DNA of 64,000 bases from Proteromonas lacertae (GCA_002245135.1 NGBS01000871.1:186001-250000); one strand, 5' to 3'; positions 1 to 14,247 are shown, counted from the stretch's first letter. Notes: generated by a model from the sequence alone, not told the origin. A program made the numbers and translations.

Positions 1-621
1 TTTCCAGTACAGGAACCTAAGCATGACTATACGATATTAGGCCAACGTAACTATTTTGGAAAACAAAGTATTGATTAGTAATATTGAAGGGCCAGAGGTT
101 ACGTTTATGATATTAGAATTGAAAAAAGTCTTCTTAACGCTCAACGGCGCATTTAGCTCAACGGCGCACAACATATATATATATATATATTCATAATTAT
201 TTTACATAAATTATTTATAAACATTATGTTACATAAATTATTTTAAAAAAAGACTTAAAAGGCAGGCTTGAGTGATGCTTGAATCTTTTTTTTTCTTTTT
301 TTTTAATATTATAACATCAAAATCAGTTTATTCTATTTATATTAGATAATGTATTCTAGACTATAGTAGTAACTGAAACATAAACTTAGAAAATATTAAA
401 AATTTATCGCAGATGTTATGTTATAGGACAAACTCACTATATATATATTTGTAAATACCTCCTTATAACTAAGGAAAAATTATATTTTTAAATTCCTTTC
501 GTTTGAAATAAACATTTTCTATATTTTAAAAATAATAATTCGTTTCATATAATATGAAACGTATATATTTTAAACAGTTATTTTTTTCTTTTTTAATTTT
601 CTCATAATATAATCAATAATA

Positions 622-3600
622 ATGTCAGATAATGACGAATATGAAGATGGTAAAAGTACAAAAGATGATAGAAATGTAATATCAGTTCGTTCAGATGATG
701 TTAAGAAAAATAGAGAAATGGTAGGTATGTTGGAGTTATACCCTCCTGTTGCTAAAGCAATACCAGAACCAGAACCACCCAAACAAGTTTTCAGAGTATA
801 AATTGATTTTTTATGAAAATTAGCTGACAAGAAAGATAATAGATCCATGTGCAGAACCTGTCAAACCAATATGGCTTCCTAATTTAAATGATCGTAATTC
901 CAGCTCAAATATAATGGCAGGAAAGAGATTTCGTCATACACCTTATTGGTTTAGAATGCACAAGAAATATAAAATTCAAGACAGTTTAATCCCAGCATTA
1001 GAAGTAACTCCAGAAATTATAAGCCCCAGAGGTAAAACTCAAAAACCACATCAACCAGATTATAAATGGTTAAATGCAGATCAAAAAGAAAAAAGTATAT
1101 AAAAATGATGTAACATTATTATTTACAATAGAATATCGAAATTATTTATCAGCAAGAGAGAATCAAAAAAGAAAATATCCTCAATTGAAATGGTTGAATA
1201 TCTCACCAAGATATAAAGAGGATCTACTACCAAGAGAGTTAAGTAAAAGTCCAATATCACGTCATACATATTGTCCAGATGAAACAAATGTATATTTATA
1301 GAAATATATTTTTATTTTTTTCAATTAAATAGGTTTCTCCTCCAAAATATTGTCGATATGTTCCAACTGGAGATTTTTATTATGACACTGAGCAGAGAGT
1401 AAGAAAGTATTTATATTCATATACATTATGTTATTATTTAGATTACCATTTTTACTATCAGAAGATGAAAGAAATTCACCTATTCAACCACCTTCACCAT
1501 TAGGAGATGAAATAAATAATATAAAGAAAGAAGGAAGGCAATATTACCCAATAAATAGAAGATTTCAATTACAACAACAGCAGTTAAAACAACAGCAGTA
1601 CAATGATAATGCTGATGATGAATATAGTGGTTCAGACAATGATGAAAATAATGAATATAAAGAGAAAGGAAATCTACAAATGTCTCCTTCACAGATGATT
1701 AAATATTTGCCAAAATCAAAAGATTATTATCTCAAAGATTATGAAGCAGATTTAAGAAAACAAAAACTGAAAGAAAAAATTGAAAGAGAAAGAAAATTGA
1801 GAGAAGAGAAAGAACAAAGACATAAAAATAATTATGAAGATAAAAATCGAAATGAAAATGATAATGAAAATTATGATTCAACAAGTTCAAAGAGTTTAAT
1901 ATCTGAAAATGAGATAGAAGATAAAGAAAGTATAAATGAAACAGTAATCACAAATGAAGAACCAAATAGTAGAAAAGTTGCAAATAATCAATATAACAGT
2001 AATAAGAATCAGCAACAACATCAACCAGAACAGTATTATAATGAACCACATCCTCCATTAAATGATAATAACAACAAAGGAGAGGATTATCACCATCACC
2101 ATCATCATAAAAAGAGAAGAAATAGTAATAGAAAATCCATTACCAATAGAAGAGACTCAAAAACAGGATCAAGAACACCATCAAGAAATAGTCGAAGGAA
2201 TAGTCGAAGTGGTAGTTCAAATGGAAGAAGAAGGAGAAGTTCAATAATAAGTAATGGAAGTTCATCCAGAAGATCATCAATTAGAAAATCATCACCATTA
2301 AAGAATGAGATTAATAATAATAAGAATAATGATTTTAATGATAATATTTATATACCAGGTTCAATGACTCCTTCACCTGAGATGCTGGATAATGGTAATT
2401 CTGATTCATCTGATAATGAAATTGATAATGATGGAAGTGCTGTTATTAATAACGACAGCAGAACAATGACAATAACCGGTGGAGAAGATGAAGGAGAAGA
2501 ATATGTAGAAGAAGAAGAAGAAGAAGAAAGAGAAACAGGAGATGGTAAATCAAAAATGAAAGTTAAAGTTCATCATGCAAAAGTAAAGAAGATAAAAGAT
2601 GATGAAAAATCACCACGAGGAAGAAGATCAGTAGTTGGATCAAGAAGAAATAGTAAAATTGTAAATACACAATCATCATCCTCTCAATCACCAACTCTAT
2701 CATCCACAGCAATAAATAAATCAAAAAGAATGAAAAAGAAAAATAATGAAAAATTGGAGAAGAAATTGAGAATACTAACAGGTGAAGATGATGAAGTTAA
2801 TAATAATAATGAAGAAGAAGAAAATGATGAATTAAAAGATAAAATAAGAGATGAAAATACTCAATATTCATCCAATTTAAATACACCAATGACGGCTAAT
2901 ACAAATGAAATATTTTCATTTGATAATGTTAACACACCCAAAACTCCATTATCATCATCATCAAGGAGAAATTCTCTTTTTGGTGGTAGTAGTAGCAGAA
3001 GAACCAGTAGATTAATGACTCCAAGAAATAATAAGATTGAAGCAGAAAATGAATTTGAAAAGAAAAGAAAAGAACATAAAAGGATGGTTGAATTTAATAA
3101 AATAATATCTTTATATCAAAATAGAACAAAAGAATGTATAATTATATATTTATTTTATTTGCATTAATAGTGGAACAACAAATAAAAACCATTCAAACAA
3201 AGAGATTAAATACTTATCAATCAAAGAGTGAAGGAATAATAAAGAATGCAAGTGCTGTTATTCAAGAAAATGAATTTAATATAAAGAAGAAAAACGCTTT
3301 GATAGAACAAATTACAAAATATGAAAAAGAAATAGGAGATCAATATAGTAGTGAAGAGAAGATGAAAGAGAAAAAAGAAATACAATTGAAAGAAATAGAA
3401 AGTTTAAATGTAAAATTAAAGGGAATAAAGAATGAATTGAATGATGTAAAAGAGAAATTAAGTAAAGTGAATGAAAAAGTTTCATTTAGACAAGAAACAC
3501 GAGAAAGATTTCAGAGTATGATAGATGATATTGATGATAAGATCTTAAATATGAAATATGATGATTTAGATATAATAAAAGAAAGTAAATATTTATTGAA

Positions 3601-4030
3601 AATGATAAAATTCGTGTTTAATATGTATGATAATATGTCAATTCATATATTATGTTGTCATTGTTATGAGAATTTATATAATTGTCGATTTATATGGAGT
3701 TGTGGTCATATAATATGTCGAAAATGTATATTGGAATTAGTGAATGTAGAATATTGTAGTATTTGTAATCCTGAATTGGATGAAGAAGAAATGAAGAAGA
3801 AGAGAGAAGAAGACGATGATGATGATGATTATAAATTTCATTGTCCACAATGTAATTTCTGTGTTAAAGCAATTCATAGGCCAATGGTTGAATTGGAAGA
3901 AATTAGTTCAATATTTAGTAATAAAAAGAATGAATTGGGTGAGATTAAGAAGATGATGATAAATGAAAGCAGTAAGATGTTGAAACATTTGAAGACTGGT
4001 ATTAGAAATAGTTCTAAATTAAAGAAATAA
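622..4030 (+). CDS. Large low-complexity/coiled-coil protein with C-terminal C3HC4-type RING finger (5 introns)
   Basis: ATG at 622. Short GTAT..TAG introns join ORFs 914, 1074, 1428 and 3134 in frame. C-terminus CCHC..SCGHIICRKC..CPQC preceded by a coiled coil; middle is Ser/Arg/Asn/Glu-rich. Confidence 0.7.
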
Positions 4031-4145
4031 TTTGTTTGTAATGTTTTTTTGATGAAATACACAATAATACACAATTATTAGTCAATTTGACATTTAATTA
4101 CATTTTCATATTTTTGTTTGTTATTTCTTCGCTTGACTGTTTTCA

Positions 4146-5966
4146 ATGATTATTAAAAGTGAAATATGTAAAAATGAAGGGTATATATGCATTATCGGCT
4201 GTAATTATGTTTTTATTAGATTAATTCGAGAAGCTGTAAAATGCGGCTTTGGTGATTTGAGAGTGATAGTAGAAAATGAAGAAATTAAAACATTCAAATT
4301 TATTCTTTATGTATGTAATGAAACCTTCAGAAGATTATTGGATGATCCTCTCTTCGAAGAACCGTTAAAGTTGTGTGATGAATGTAGTAAAGAAAGTTTC
4401 TTGATGTTAGAAAAATATTATCAAGGTATAGAAATTAAGATAACTGAAAAGAATTGCGTAGAACTATTAGCTATCTGTGTATGTTATAATGAAAACAGAA
4501 TTATAAGTGCAGTAAGTGATTATATTATAAATCATTTAAATGAAAACATTGTTGTTGATTTATTAAGTAAAAAGGAGATATTAAGAAGTGAAAGTTTGAA
4601 GGATTTGAAAGAAGAATTTGAATATTTCTTAAAGAATGAGAATTACAAAATAGTGAAAAATGAGTTATTAAATTGCATATCCATTGACCATCTTGCACAG
4701 TTATTTTCATTAGGAGTAATGTTTAATGGAAGTGAAGTTTAATTATTGAAATTATTGATTGACTATTGTAACCACAATTTAAACAATTCAAAAGTAGTAG
4801 AAAAAATGAAGAGAATAATTGAAAGATGTAGTTTTGATTCAAAATTACAAAATGAGTTAAATGATGAAGAAAAGAAGGTATTAAACGATTTATACATCTC
4901 TCTTAATGTAAAAGCAAGTGAAAAATATTCTATTCGATATTATTCTCTTCCAGAAGTAAAGAATGTGTATTTTTATGATTTCTTAATACATTATTATCCT
5001 GAAGAAGATATTCAAGAAATAATATTTAATAGTATATAAAATTATAGTAATTTCTTATAGAATCTCACTTAGTTTCTTTAAAGAGTGAAGATATTTCATG
5101 TGATATTGATAAACTATTGAAAGAAGGTAATATTAGAATTATTATGTTAACTTTGCAATTATATGATGGCTTATATATGAAATTTGATGAAGATAAATAT
5201 TCTATGATTCTAGATGTTATTCTTAATACTTATACAAACATTTATAATGAAGATAAACGAATGTTGTTAATGATGCAAATAAAAAAATTCATTACTGATG
5301 ATGATGATGAAAAGAATGATGTAATATTTGAAAAACTGAAAGAAAAATGTGGAATAGAGTTGTTGTATAAGTTATTTAAAGATGAAAAGATCTTAGGTTA
5401 TAAAAGATATTCATCATTATTGAATTATATGCATAAATTTAGGTTAGATGATGCTGAGTGTAGATTATTAGATTCAACAGTAGAAGATGAAGAAACAAAG
5501 AAAAAGATAAAATGTATTGATATTCATTAACACCTTATTATATCATAGATCATAAATTAAAATCAATCTTTTATTCTGATGATCGAAACAATTATAATGG
5601 AGATTGTTGGTATTCTTCTTGTAGTCATGAATTACATTGTTAATTTATAATTGGAGATAAAATTGATTTAAAACCAATAATTGATAATATTATAGATGTT
5701 GAGAGTATAACAATTGAACCTAGTATAATAACTTATTACATATATATACATATATATATTTATTCTTCATTTTAGAACTTCCGTCTGGATTATCTTTTGA
5801 TCAAAACGCTGGAATTGTAAGTGGAAAAGCTAGTGTATGTATTAATCAGAAATACACAATAGCAATTAAGAATGTGCATGGTTCAAAAAAAGTAAAAATT
5901 GACCTTACTATCAAAAGAAAAAATGAAGATAATAACTCTACTGCAAATAGGTATAGATATTTTTAA
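4146..5966 (+). pseudogene. BTB/BACK-like protein with C-terminal putative Ig (He_PIG-like) domain; two in-frame TAA codons
   Basis: BTB-like (FLMLEKYYQGIEIKITEKNCVELLAICVCY). C-terminal LPSGLSFDQNAGIVSGKA..YTIAIKNVHGS. In-frame TAA at 4740-4742 and 5641-5643, with the frame continuing after each. 3' end uncertain. Confidence 0.6.
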
Positions 5967-6306
5967 ATAATACAGCAACTGCGCTATTAAAACTTGATTT
6001 TGACATAATTCTACTATTTATATGTTGTTTCAGCTTAAATAATTTCATAAATGTAATCTAAGCCAAGTGATAATGCAAATTATCATGTTTTTGTAACATA
6101 ACTAAGCTTCATTGGAGTAATAGGCAACTACAAAATTTTCCATGAAAATAAGCGAATAAATCAAGAGATAGTAGCTATTTGTATAAAAATACATCCTATC
6201 CCTTAAAAGATTTTCAACCAAATTAATTCTAAATTACTCAAACAATGAAAAAAGCTTGATAAAATTTTAGTTAACTTTTTACCCTTTTGTCATTTTTGAA
6301 CAGAAT

Positions 6307-7611
6307 ATGGAGATTATAATAGTTTTATTATTGGTTTCTATGATAATGTATATCATCTTATCAAAAATAAACAAGAGTAAGTCATACTTTTTTAATAGCC
6401 AGTTAGCAACTAGAAGTTTAAAAAGTGATAAAATAAACAGCTGGCTTATAGATGGGTTTAATGAGTTGAAAATCAGTCATTATTCAAAACTAAAGACAGC
6501 TATGTTGTTGATTTGTTATAACAGAGATAAGTATTTAGAAAGAACATTAAAATCTGTTTTGAAACTATACAATTTGCCAAATCCTCCATCAAAGCCAGAT
6601 TTAGTCATTAGTCAAGATGGAAATGATAAAGAAGTAAGTAAAGTAATAAAAGATTTTATAAAAGAAAATAAAGAGAAAATAAAAACAATTCATATAAATC
6701 ATGAAGTAGCAAAAGCCAGAGATGGATATAAAAGACTGGCAATTCATTATGGTTGGGCATTAAAACAGATATTTGATGAATTGAATTATAAACAAGTAAT
6801 AGTAATAGAAGATGATTTAGAATTTGCTGATGATTTTCTTGAATTCTTTTATGGTTTATCTGATATAATGAGTGAAGATAAATCGTATAATATAATTATG
6901 TAATATTTTTTTAATAGAATAATGTGTCTTAGTGCTTGGAATGATAATGGTTTTCCACAGAATGTAGAAAATCCAAGTATATAATATATATAATATATTA
7001 ATATAATAATAATAATAGAAGCATTATATAGAACTGATTTTTTCCCTGGTTTAGGATGGTTAATGAGAAAAGACTTTTGGGATGAAATAAGAAATAAATG
7101 GCCAAAAGCATATTGGGATGATTGTATTAGAGATAATAAAATTCGTAAGAATAGAGTATGTATATATCCTGAAGTTAGTAGAAGTTATACATTTGGTTCA
7201 AAAGGAACAAGCTTTGGAAGTAGAGCTAATTCACCAAATTCATTTTTTACAAAATATTTATTAAATATTAAATTGAATGATAAAAGTGTGAAATGGAGTG
7301 AGATTAATTATAAACCATTACTTAAGAATAATTATGATATGGTAATAAAAGAAGTTGTAAAAGAAAGTAAAGAAATAAATATTGAAGACTTATCCAGTAT
7401 ATTAGAAAAAAAGAGTGATAATGTTGAAGTTTATAAAATATATTATGAAGATATTAGAGATTACAAAAGGAAGTTAAGAAAAATGAAAATGTTTGACAGT
7501 TTGAATAATGGTGGTGGTATTGGAAGAGGAAGTTATCATAGTCTATCAATAAAGAGAAATAACAACAAATTAATACTATTAGTGCCAAAACACTCAACTT
7601 TTTATGTTTAG
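6307..7611 (+). CDS. MGAT1: Alpha-1,3-mannosyl-glycoprotein beta-1,2-N-acetylglucosaminyltransferase I (GnT-I, GT13), copy 1
   Basis: N-terminal TM anchor; motifs VISQDG, HYGWAL, IEDDLE, CLSAWNDNG, YRTDFFPGLGW, WDD, PEVSRSYTFG; two short introns. Confidence 0.92.
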
Positions 7612-7771
7612 GTAGATCTAGGTATTTTATAGTCAAATAGATGTATTGAGTATCATAATAATATTTTGATTTAATGATTTTTTTTTTTTAAGTTTCTTGG
7701 TCAAGCTAAGTTTGAATGTAATTGACACGTCATTTTTTAATATTTTTTGTTTTTCAATTTAATAGTAAGAA

Positions 7772-9591
7772 ATGGCTTTGTTTAATCCTGAAGTAATGTT
7801 TGTTTTGCTTTCTTCATTTATTATAATAAAATTAAGCAAAATATTTTCAATTCCTCACCTTGTATCACTTGATTTTTAATTATATTACAAATTAGATCTT
7901 AAAAGGAATAAAATTTTGGATAACTCCATCCAATGAAGCATTATCAATGTTAATACCACCAAAAGGCAAGAAAGAAAAAGTGAGTTTAGAAGAAAAGTTG
8001 AAACAAAAAGAGGAAGTATTGCCCGCTGTATAATTTGCATATTATAATTCCATTCTAGCAAGTTAGAAGATTAATGGACTTATCATCAGGAACAATCACT
8101 TCTGATTCTCTCTATAAGCATCTCTTCTTTAATGAGTTAAATACAGTGTCATTTTTAATGGTTATGTTAATGTCAACATTCCTATTTACCTCACTCATTA
8201 TGTATTTAGGAATTTGTCCTTCATCTATAACATTGTATATCTCAGTAATGACAGTATATTCATATATTTATTCACTGTAGTTTACTATTGCTGTATATGT
8301 ACTATCAATATGGGTAATTAAACAAAATTATAATTCCTTTGAAGTTAAATTAGTGATACTAGTTTCAATAATAGGTTTTATCATATGTTTATTAACAATA
8401 TCATTCAATCCTTCATTTATAGACAATACACTTGTAGAGGCCCTTGATGATATAACATACAACATGAAGAGATACTTTGTTGCTTTAAAAATAGAATCAT
8501 TTGATGGATTAAACACTTACACATTAGGAATCAGTTTTAGTATATTTGTAGGTGTTTTAACAGGGTTAATCTTAATGCCAACAATTCGATTTGTACAAAC
8601 ATATTTGAATTACATATCAAATCCTGATACTAATGTAATAATGAAGTTTGTATTTCATATTGCTTTTGCTTTACCTATAATCATATATTTATCATATTAT
8701 AAGCCATTATTGAGAGATTTTATTTTACCTGATGATCTAGTGAAATGCAATAATGAAAGTATATCTAAGGAGTGTAAAGTAGTAGAAACTGATGAATACT
8801 AGTATATATATATTCACTTTATATTTTCTTTCACTCATTGTTTTTATTTATTTATTGGTGTTTATATATATATATATAGTATGAATGAAGAAGATTGGAT
8901 TACACTTCGTGTTTATATAATAATAATATTCATATTATTAAAACTATTACTATTCCGATCAAATATTCAAGAATTCTTAAAATTAGCTCATTCTAAAGAT
9001 ATTGAAGAAGATATAACAAACAGTTTGGTTCATCCAAAGATTGTAAAAGATTTAACAGGTAAAAAAGACATTGTTACTGTTGATATAAAGAGTCATTATA
9101 CAAATGTTTATAGTTATTTATGTATAGCTTCTACACAGTATTTAGCACCATTAAGTTTGTTTCTATCACTTGTTGTTATTTTGATTAGATATGGAAATAT
9201 CAATTTACATATATTTGATGTATATATATATATTTAACATAAATATAAATAATAGTTGTTGAAGTATTTATCATTATCTCCAATTGTGAATTGTAAACCT
9301 TCAGAATCTATTACTGAGAAGAAATTACAGCATTTTGTTGATACTGTGTTTGTTAATAATGATGTAAGTCATATTAAACTATTCACACCTTTGGTATATC
9401 GTTCAATTACAAATTTTATGCTTTTTTGGTTGTTTGGATGTTTAGTAGTTGAATCTACCTTGTCTATTGTGTATTGGAGATCATATCAACCAGGTGGTTT
9501 GCTTTATAAACAACATGTATACATATTTAGATTATGTTTTCATTTTCAATAGAAACTTAATGAGTTAAACGAAAATAAAAAGAGTAAATAA
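7772..9591 (+). CDS. TMEM161: TMEM161-family multi-pass membrane protein (6 introns)
   Basis: Spliced N-terminus MALFNPEV..ILKGIKFWITPSNEAL; GLILMPTIRF; YLCIASTQYLAP; several hydrophobic helices; stop at 9589-9591. Confidence 0.7.
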
Positions 9592-9710
9592 TTAAATTTT
9601 AATTGTTTTTTTACTACTAATTATTGTTTTAGTGTGTTATTGAAGATTGTAATTTTTAATGTAAAAATGTCATTATTTGGTATTTTTGACGTTATATTTT
9701 ATTTTTAAAA

Positions 9711-10562
9711 ATGGGAGTATAATAAAGTGTATATTAGGTAATAGAAACTAAAAGTGGAAGAAACTGAAGTAAAGACACTTGATGGCAAACCAATATCTTT
9801 AAATTATTTGAATCTTACTAATCCTTAATTTTTTTCACACCAATACTCGAATTGTGAAATTGACTGTAGGACCATTACAAGCTAATTGTTATTTGGTATA
9901 TACAAATGATGTAAATAGAGGAGTTATTGTTGATCCAGGTTATGAGACAAAAAAGATACTTAAAATGGTTGAAGAAAGAAAAGTGGAGATATCTTTTTTC
10001 ATTTTTTGTTTATATATAATGATTATTGTTTCTTAATTGAAAATAAATTACTGGTGTTTATTTAACTCATGGTCATGCTGATCACATGGGTTCAGCACAG
10101 GAGATCCATGAACAATTGAATATTCCAATTTATGGACATCCAGCAGATGATATGTTTTATAAAGATCTTCTTGCATTAGGTGATTTTGATATGCCAGATG
10201 CTAAAGTGATGAAAGAATATGAGACAATAAAGGATGGAGATACTCTACGTTGGGGGACACAAAGTGTAACTGTAATACATACTCCAGGACATTCCAATGG
10301 ATCAGTTTGCTTTTATTTTAATGATTCATTGCTGAGTGGAGATACACTTTTTAGAGACTCTGTAGGAAGAACTGATTTTCCGCAAGGAGAGTATTGTTTC
10401 ATTTTTTAATAATATAGTCCAAAGCTGTTAATGAATAGTATAAAGAAGAAGCTATATGTACTAAATGACAATGTGATTGTTCACCCTGGACATATGGGAA
10501 CAACAACAATAAGTAGAGAAAAAAGAGGTAATCCTTTCACAAATGGTTTTAGTTTCAATTAA
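9711..10562 (+). CDS. Metallo-beta-lactamase-fold hydrolase (glyoxalase II/YcbL-like), 4 introns of which two are U12-type
   Basis: VGPLQANCY, IVDPG, LTHGHADH, HTPGHS, SGDTLF..SVGRTD, VHPGH, ERxxNPF motifs after splicing. Confidence 0.9.
9793..9838 (+). other. U12-type (minor spliceosome) AT-AC intron
   Basis: 5' ATATCTTT, branch-like TCCTTAAT at 9822-9829, 3' CAC. Removal joins ...GKP to TNTRIVKL in frame. Confidence 0.85.
9989..10046 (+). other. U12-type intron with AT-AA termini
   Basis: 5' ATATCTTT, branch-like TTTCTTAAT at 10029-10037, 3' ...AATAA. This acceptor restores KVE-ITGVYLTHGHADH; the nearby AC acceptor is out of frame. Confidence 0.75.
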
Positions 10563-10684
10563 AATAGTTAATATTTCATAAATAATTGACATTTTAAAAA
10601 TATTTTCAATTTTTGAATGAGATAGAGAATATTTCTTTTTAATGAAACGGATATATTTCGAATTTTATTTTAGTTTACATAGAG

Positions 10685-11480
10685 ATGTCAGACAAGGAAA
10701 CTGATCAGGAAAGCTGTCCTGTTTGTTATTCAAATAAACCAATAACTGGATTTGAAAAGTTGCGTTGCTCACATTCACTGTGGTATAGTTTTATGTTATA
10801 GAGTAATAAATATAGCAAAAGATGTCTTAGAAAGTGGAAAGATGAGGGCAAAAATACTTGCCCTTTATGCAGAGCACTAATTGACCCAAATTTACCACCA
10901 TCAAGTAGAAGTCATTATTATAGAATTGTTTCTCCATTTGCTGATTTTAGGTTAGAACCAGAATTCTTATCATATGAAATATATTCTCATCCATCAACTC
11001 CTAGACCTTCACCGCTAGAAGAAGAAGGAGGAGGAGGAGATTTTTATCCAGAAAATCGTGATCTTTCTATAAGATCTATGCATAATAATATTCATCGTTA
11101 TTCTGTTATACGTCAACGTCGTTTAATGAATTACATGGATAGCATTCCTTATGCAAGTAATTCATATAGATCTATGTCTAACGTTCCTTTATTTCCACTC
11201 AATCAATATCCTCCTCCACAAATTCATCGATATAGACGTATAGTAGATGTTCCTTCTCCTCCTCCTCCTCCACCTCCACCTCTACCTCTACCTCTACAAC
11301 AACCTCCACCACCTCTACAACGACAAAGGATAATACAACCACCACTTTATGGATTTACTGGTTATAATTCTACTCCTATTTATCCTCTTTCTACACCTCT
11401 ACAACAACATCAACAACCTCCACCACCACTACCACCTCAACAACTACAACGACAACAACCTCCACCACCACTACCACCTC

Positions 11481-11527
<47 letters not shown>

Positions 11528-11943
11528 CCACAACAAGAAGAAGAATTTCGACAAAATCTACAAATACTATCACGAGAAGAACAAGATCTACAACGATTTT
11601 ATGATCTTCATCGTCCTCTTCGTACTCCTTTTAGAGAAAATCCTGCTACTCATAATACTCCTTATATAGATAATAATCATTCACCACCTCGTTTTAGAGT
11701 TTCAGATTTATTTTATTCTCCACCTACTTCACCAATACATTCTACTCCTATTCCTCCTCGCTCACCACAATTGTCACCATCATATTTATTGACTCGTAGA
11801 AATCTTCCATTCAGAATTGATAGAAATAGAAGAAGAACAATGCCAATTCCAAGAAGAGATAACGATGATTATGTTTCAGTAAGTTTAGATAATTCAGATA
11901 ATGAAAGACGTAATTCGCATACAGAAGTAATTGATTTAACAAT

Positions 11944-12004
<61 letters not shown>

Positions 12005-12187
12005 ACTGAGAGTATTTTTGAATTTAGTGACTTTGAAGATAGTGGTGAAAATGATGATAATGATAGTGAAGATAGTGAAAGTGAATCAGAATATAGTGAA
12101 AATGAAAATAATAATGCAACAAAAAGAAAATGTGAAAGAAAATGTGAAGAATGTGATGAGAAGAAGAAGAAGAAACCAAAAAAATAG
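10685..12187 (+). CDS. N-terminal RING-HC protein with Pro/Gln-rich region, SIM-like motif and acidic tail
   Basis: CPVC..LRCSHSLC/KRC..WKDEGKNTCPLCR across a phase-2 intron; EVIDLTIDDDD motif; poly-Q and poly-D tracts. Confidence 0.8.
11945..12004 (+). repeat. (GAT)n microsatellite encoding poly-Asp
   Basis: Uninterrupted GAT run. Confidence 0.9.
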
Positions 12188-12321
12188 TTCTTGGTAGTAA
12201 AATTAATCATATATATTTTATTCTATGTATTATAATTACATAAATATATTTATGTGTAAAATGAAATTGAGTGTAAAAATAACGACTATATTTTTGTTTA
12301 TGTTATTTATTGAATTTCAAA

Positions 12322-14174
12322 ATGACTGACTCTGAAAATGATGAAATAGAGTGTCCAATTTGTTTTACGAAAGTAAAAAAATCCGAATTGCAAAAATTAC
12401 CTTGTAAGCACTTATTATGGTATAATTAATGCTATACTATTGAATTTAATATAGTCATTCATGTTATGATAATTGGGTGAATGAAGGGAAGAATACTTGT
12501 CCATTTTGTAGAACAAAAATAAAACCTAACAGTCATATACGAATAAGCCGATTGCTTAATGATGGCTTCAATCCATACAGCCGTAATAGATATATTGACA
12601 TTAGTGATTCTCTTTTTATAGATAATTTACAAGATGATTATGATAATATAAGTGATGATGCTCTTGAAATACACAATAATTATGATTATTATAATGCACA
12701 ACCTCCTATTCGTTCATATCAAAATTCTATCGAGAGTTGCATGAATTATAGAAGAGAAAGAGTAGAAAATGAAAGACGAAATAGAAGACAACCACATACA
12801 TTACCTCCAGATCTACAAATATATGCACAAACATTATCACAAGATATATTAGATTTACAATATGAAATGACACAACGACAATGGATACAATTCCTCAGAG
12901 ATAATAAATCTGATACAAGTAATTCAAACAGTAATAATTACTCCAATAATCGACACTTGCCTGAACCACATTCACCACCACATTCATCATTATCATCAAA
13001 TATGTTTGAGCCACCACCAGCACCTGCAAGACCAATATCTCGTTTTAGAAATGAACCATTTCAAATTCCAATACAAGAACCTCCACCACCGCCACCACTT
13101 CAACCTCAACAACAATGTAATTCTCTTCAATTTCCACCACCATTACCATTTGAATCACATCACAGAATAATTGTTGAAAAGAAAAAAACAAAAACTACTA
13201 GTAATAAGATATATTTAGAATCATCAGATAGTTCTGAAGTTTCATCTATATCTTTTTCTGACTCAGATTCAGAAGATGATTCAAAGAATAAAACTGGATA
13301 TAGATATGGAAGAAGAAGAAGAAATAGAAAGAACAAATTAAAAATAATTAAAAATAAACCTCTAAATATTAGCAACAATGATAAAAGAAAAGAACTTCCA
13401 CAATATTCTAAATATGAATTGCCATCACCATTTGCTCCACAACAATCATCATCTTCAGATCAAATTATCCAACCATTACCATTTGCTGCACAACAATCAT
13501 CATCATCAGATCAATTCAATATACCAGCACCATTTGCTGCACAACAATCATCATCATCAGATCAATTCAATATACCAGCACCATTTGCTGCACAACAATC
13601 ATCATCATCAGATCAATTCAATATACCAGCACCATTTGCTGCACAACAATCATCATCTTCAGATCAATTTATCCAACCACCACCATTTGCTCCACAACAA
13701 TCATTATCATCAAATCAATCTATTCAACCACCACCATTCACTCAATCATCATCATCAGATCAATTCAATATACCGCCATTTGCTTATCCACCTCCACAAC
13801 GATTTATTCAACCTCCACCATTTACCCAATCACAAACACAAGAGACACAATCAAATCAATTTATCCAACCACCACCACCTCAACAACAACAACAGAATCA
13901 TTCATTTACAGCTCCACAATTTCCTAAATTCCCTATTTATCAACCATATTTACCTTCTTTTCAATCATTTCAACAAATACCTCCTCCAGCAACATCACAC
14001 CATCAACAAATACAAATTCAACATCCTCAAAAATTGATTGAAATAAAAGAATCTAATCATACATATGCTGATGGTGAAGATCAACAAATATCTCAACCAT
14101 TTAAATCAATACTTCAACATTTGAATCAAAATGAAAAAGAGAATAGTTATTATTTTGATGAAAATAAGATTTAA
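12322..14174 (+). CDS. Tandem paralog: N-terminal RING-HC protein with Pro/Gln/Ser-rich repeats
   Basis: CPIC..LPCKHLLC/HSC..WVNEGKNTCPFCR, with an intron at the same position as in the upstream gene. Confidence 0.8.
13428..13790 (+). repeat. Coding minisatellite, ~51-bp unit (APFAAQQSSSSDQFNIP), about 6-7 copies
   Basis: Near-identical units visible at 13480-13660, degenerating outward. Confidence 0.85.
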
Positions 14175-14247
14175 TCTTATTATTATATTTTTATATTAAT
14201 GTTGTCTGTTTATGGGTTAAAATAATACAATAAAAAATAAACATATT

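Noticed and set aside
11349..12210. Poly-Val, poly-Met, poly-Asn and poly-Ser ORFs
   Set aside because: Shadow frames of CAA/GAT microsatellites in the RING gene.
13378..14037. His-rich 219-aa overlapping ORF
   Set aside because: +1 frame of the Pro/Gln/Ser repeat region; no independent support.
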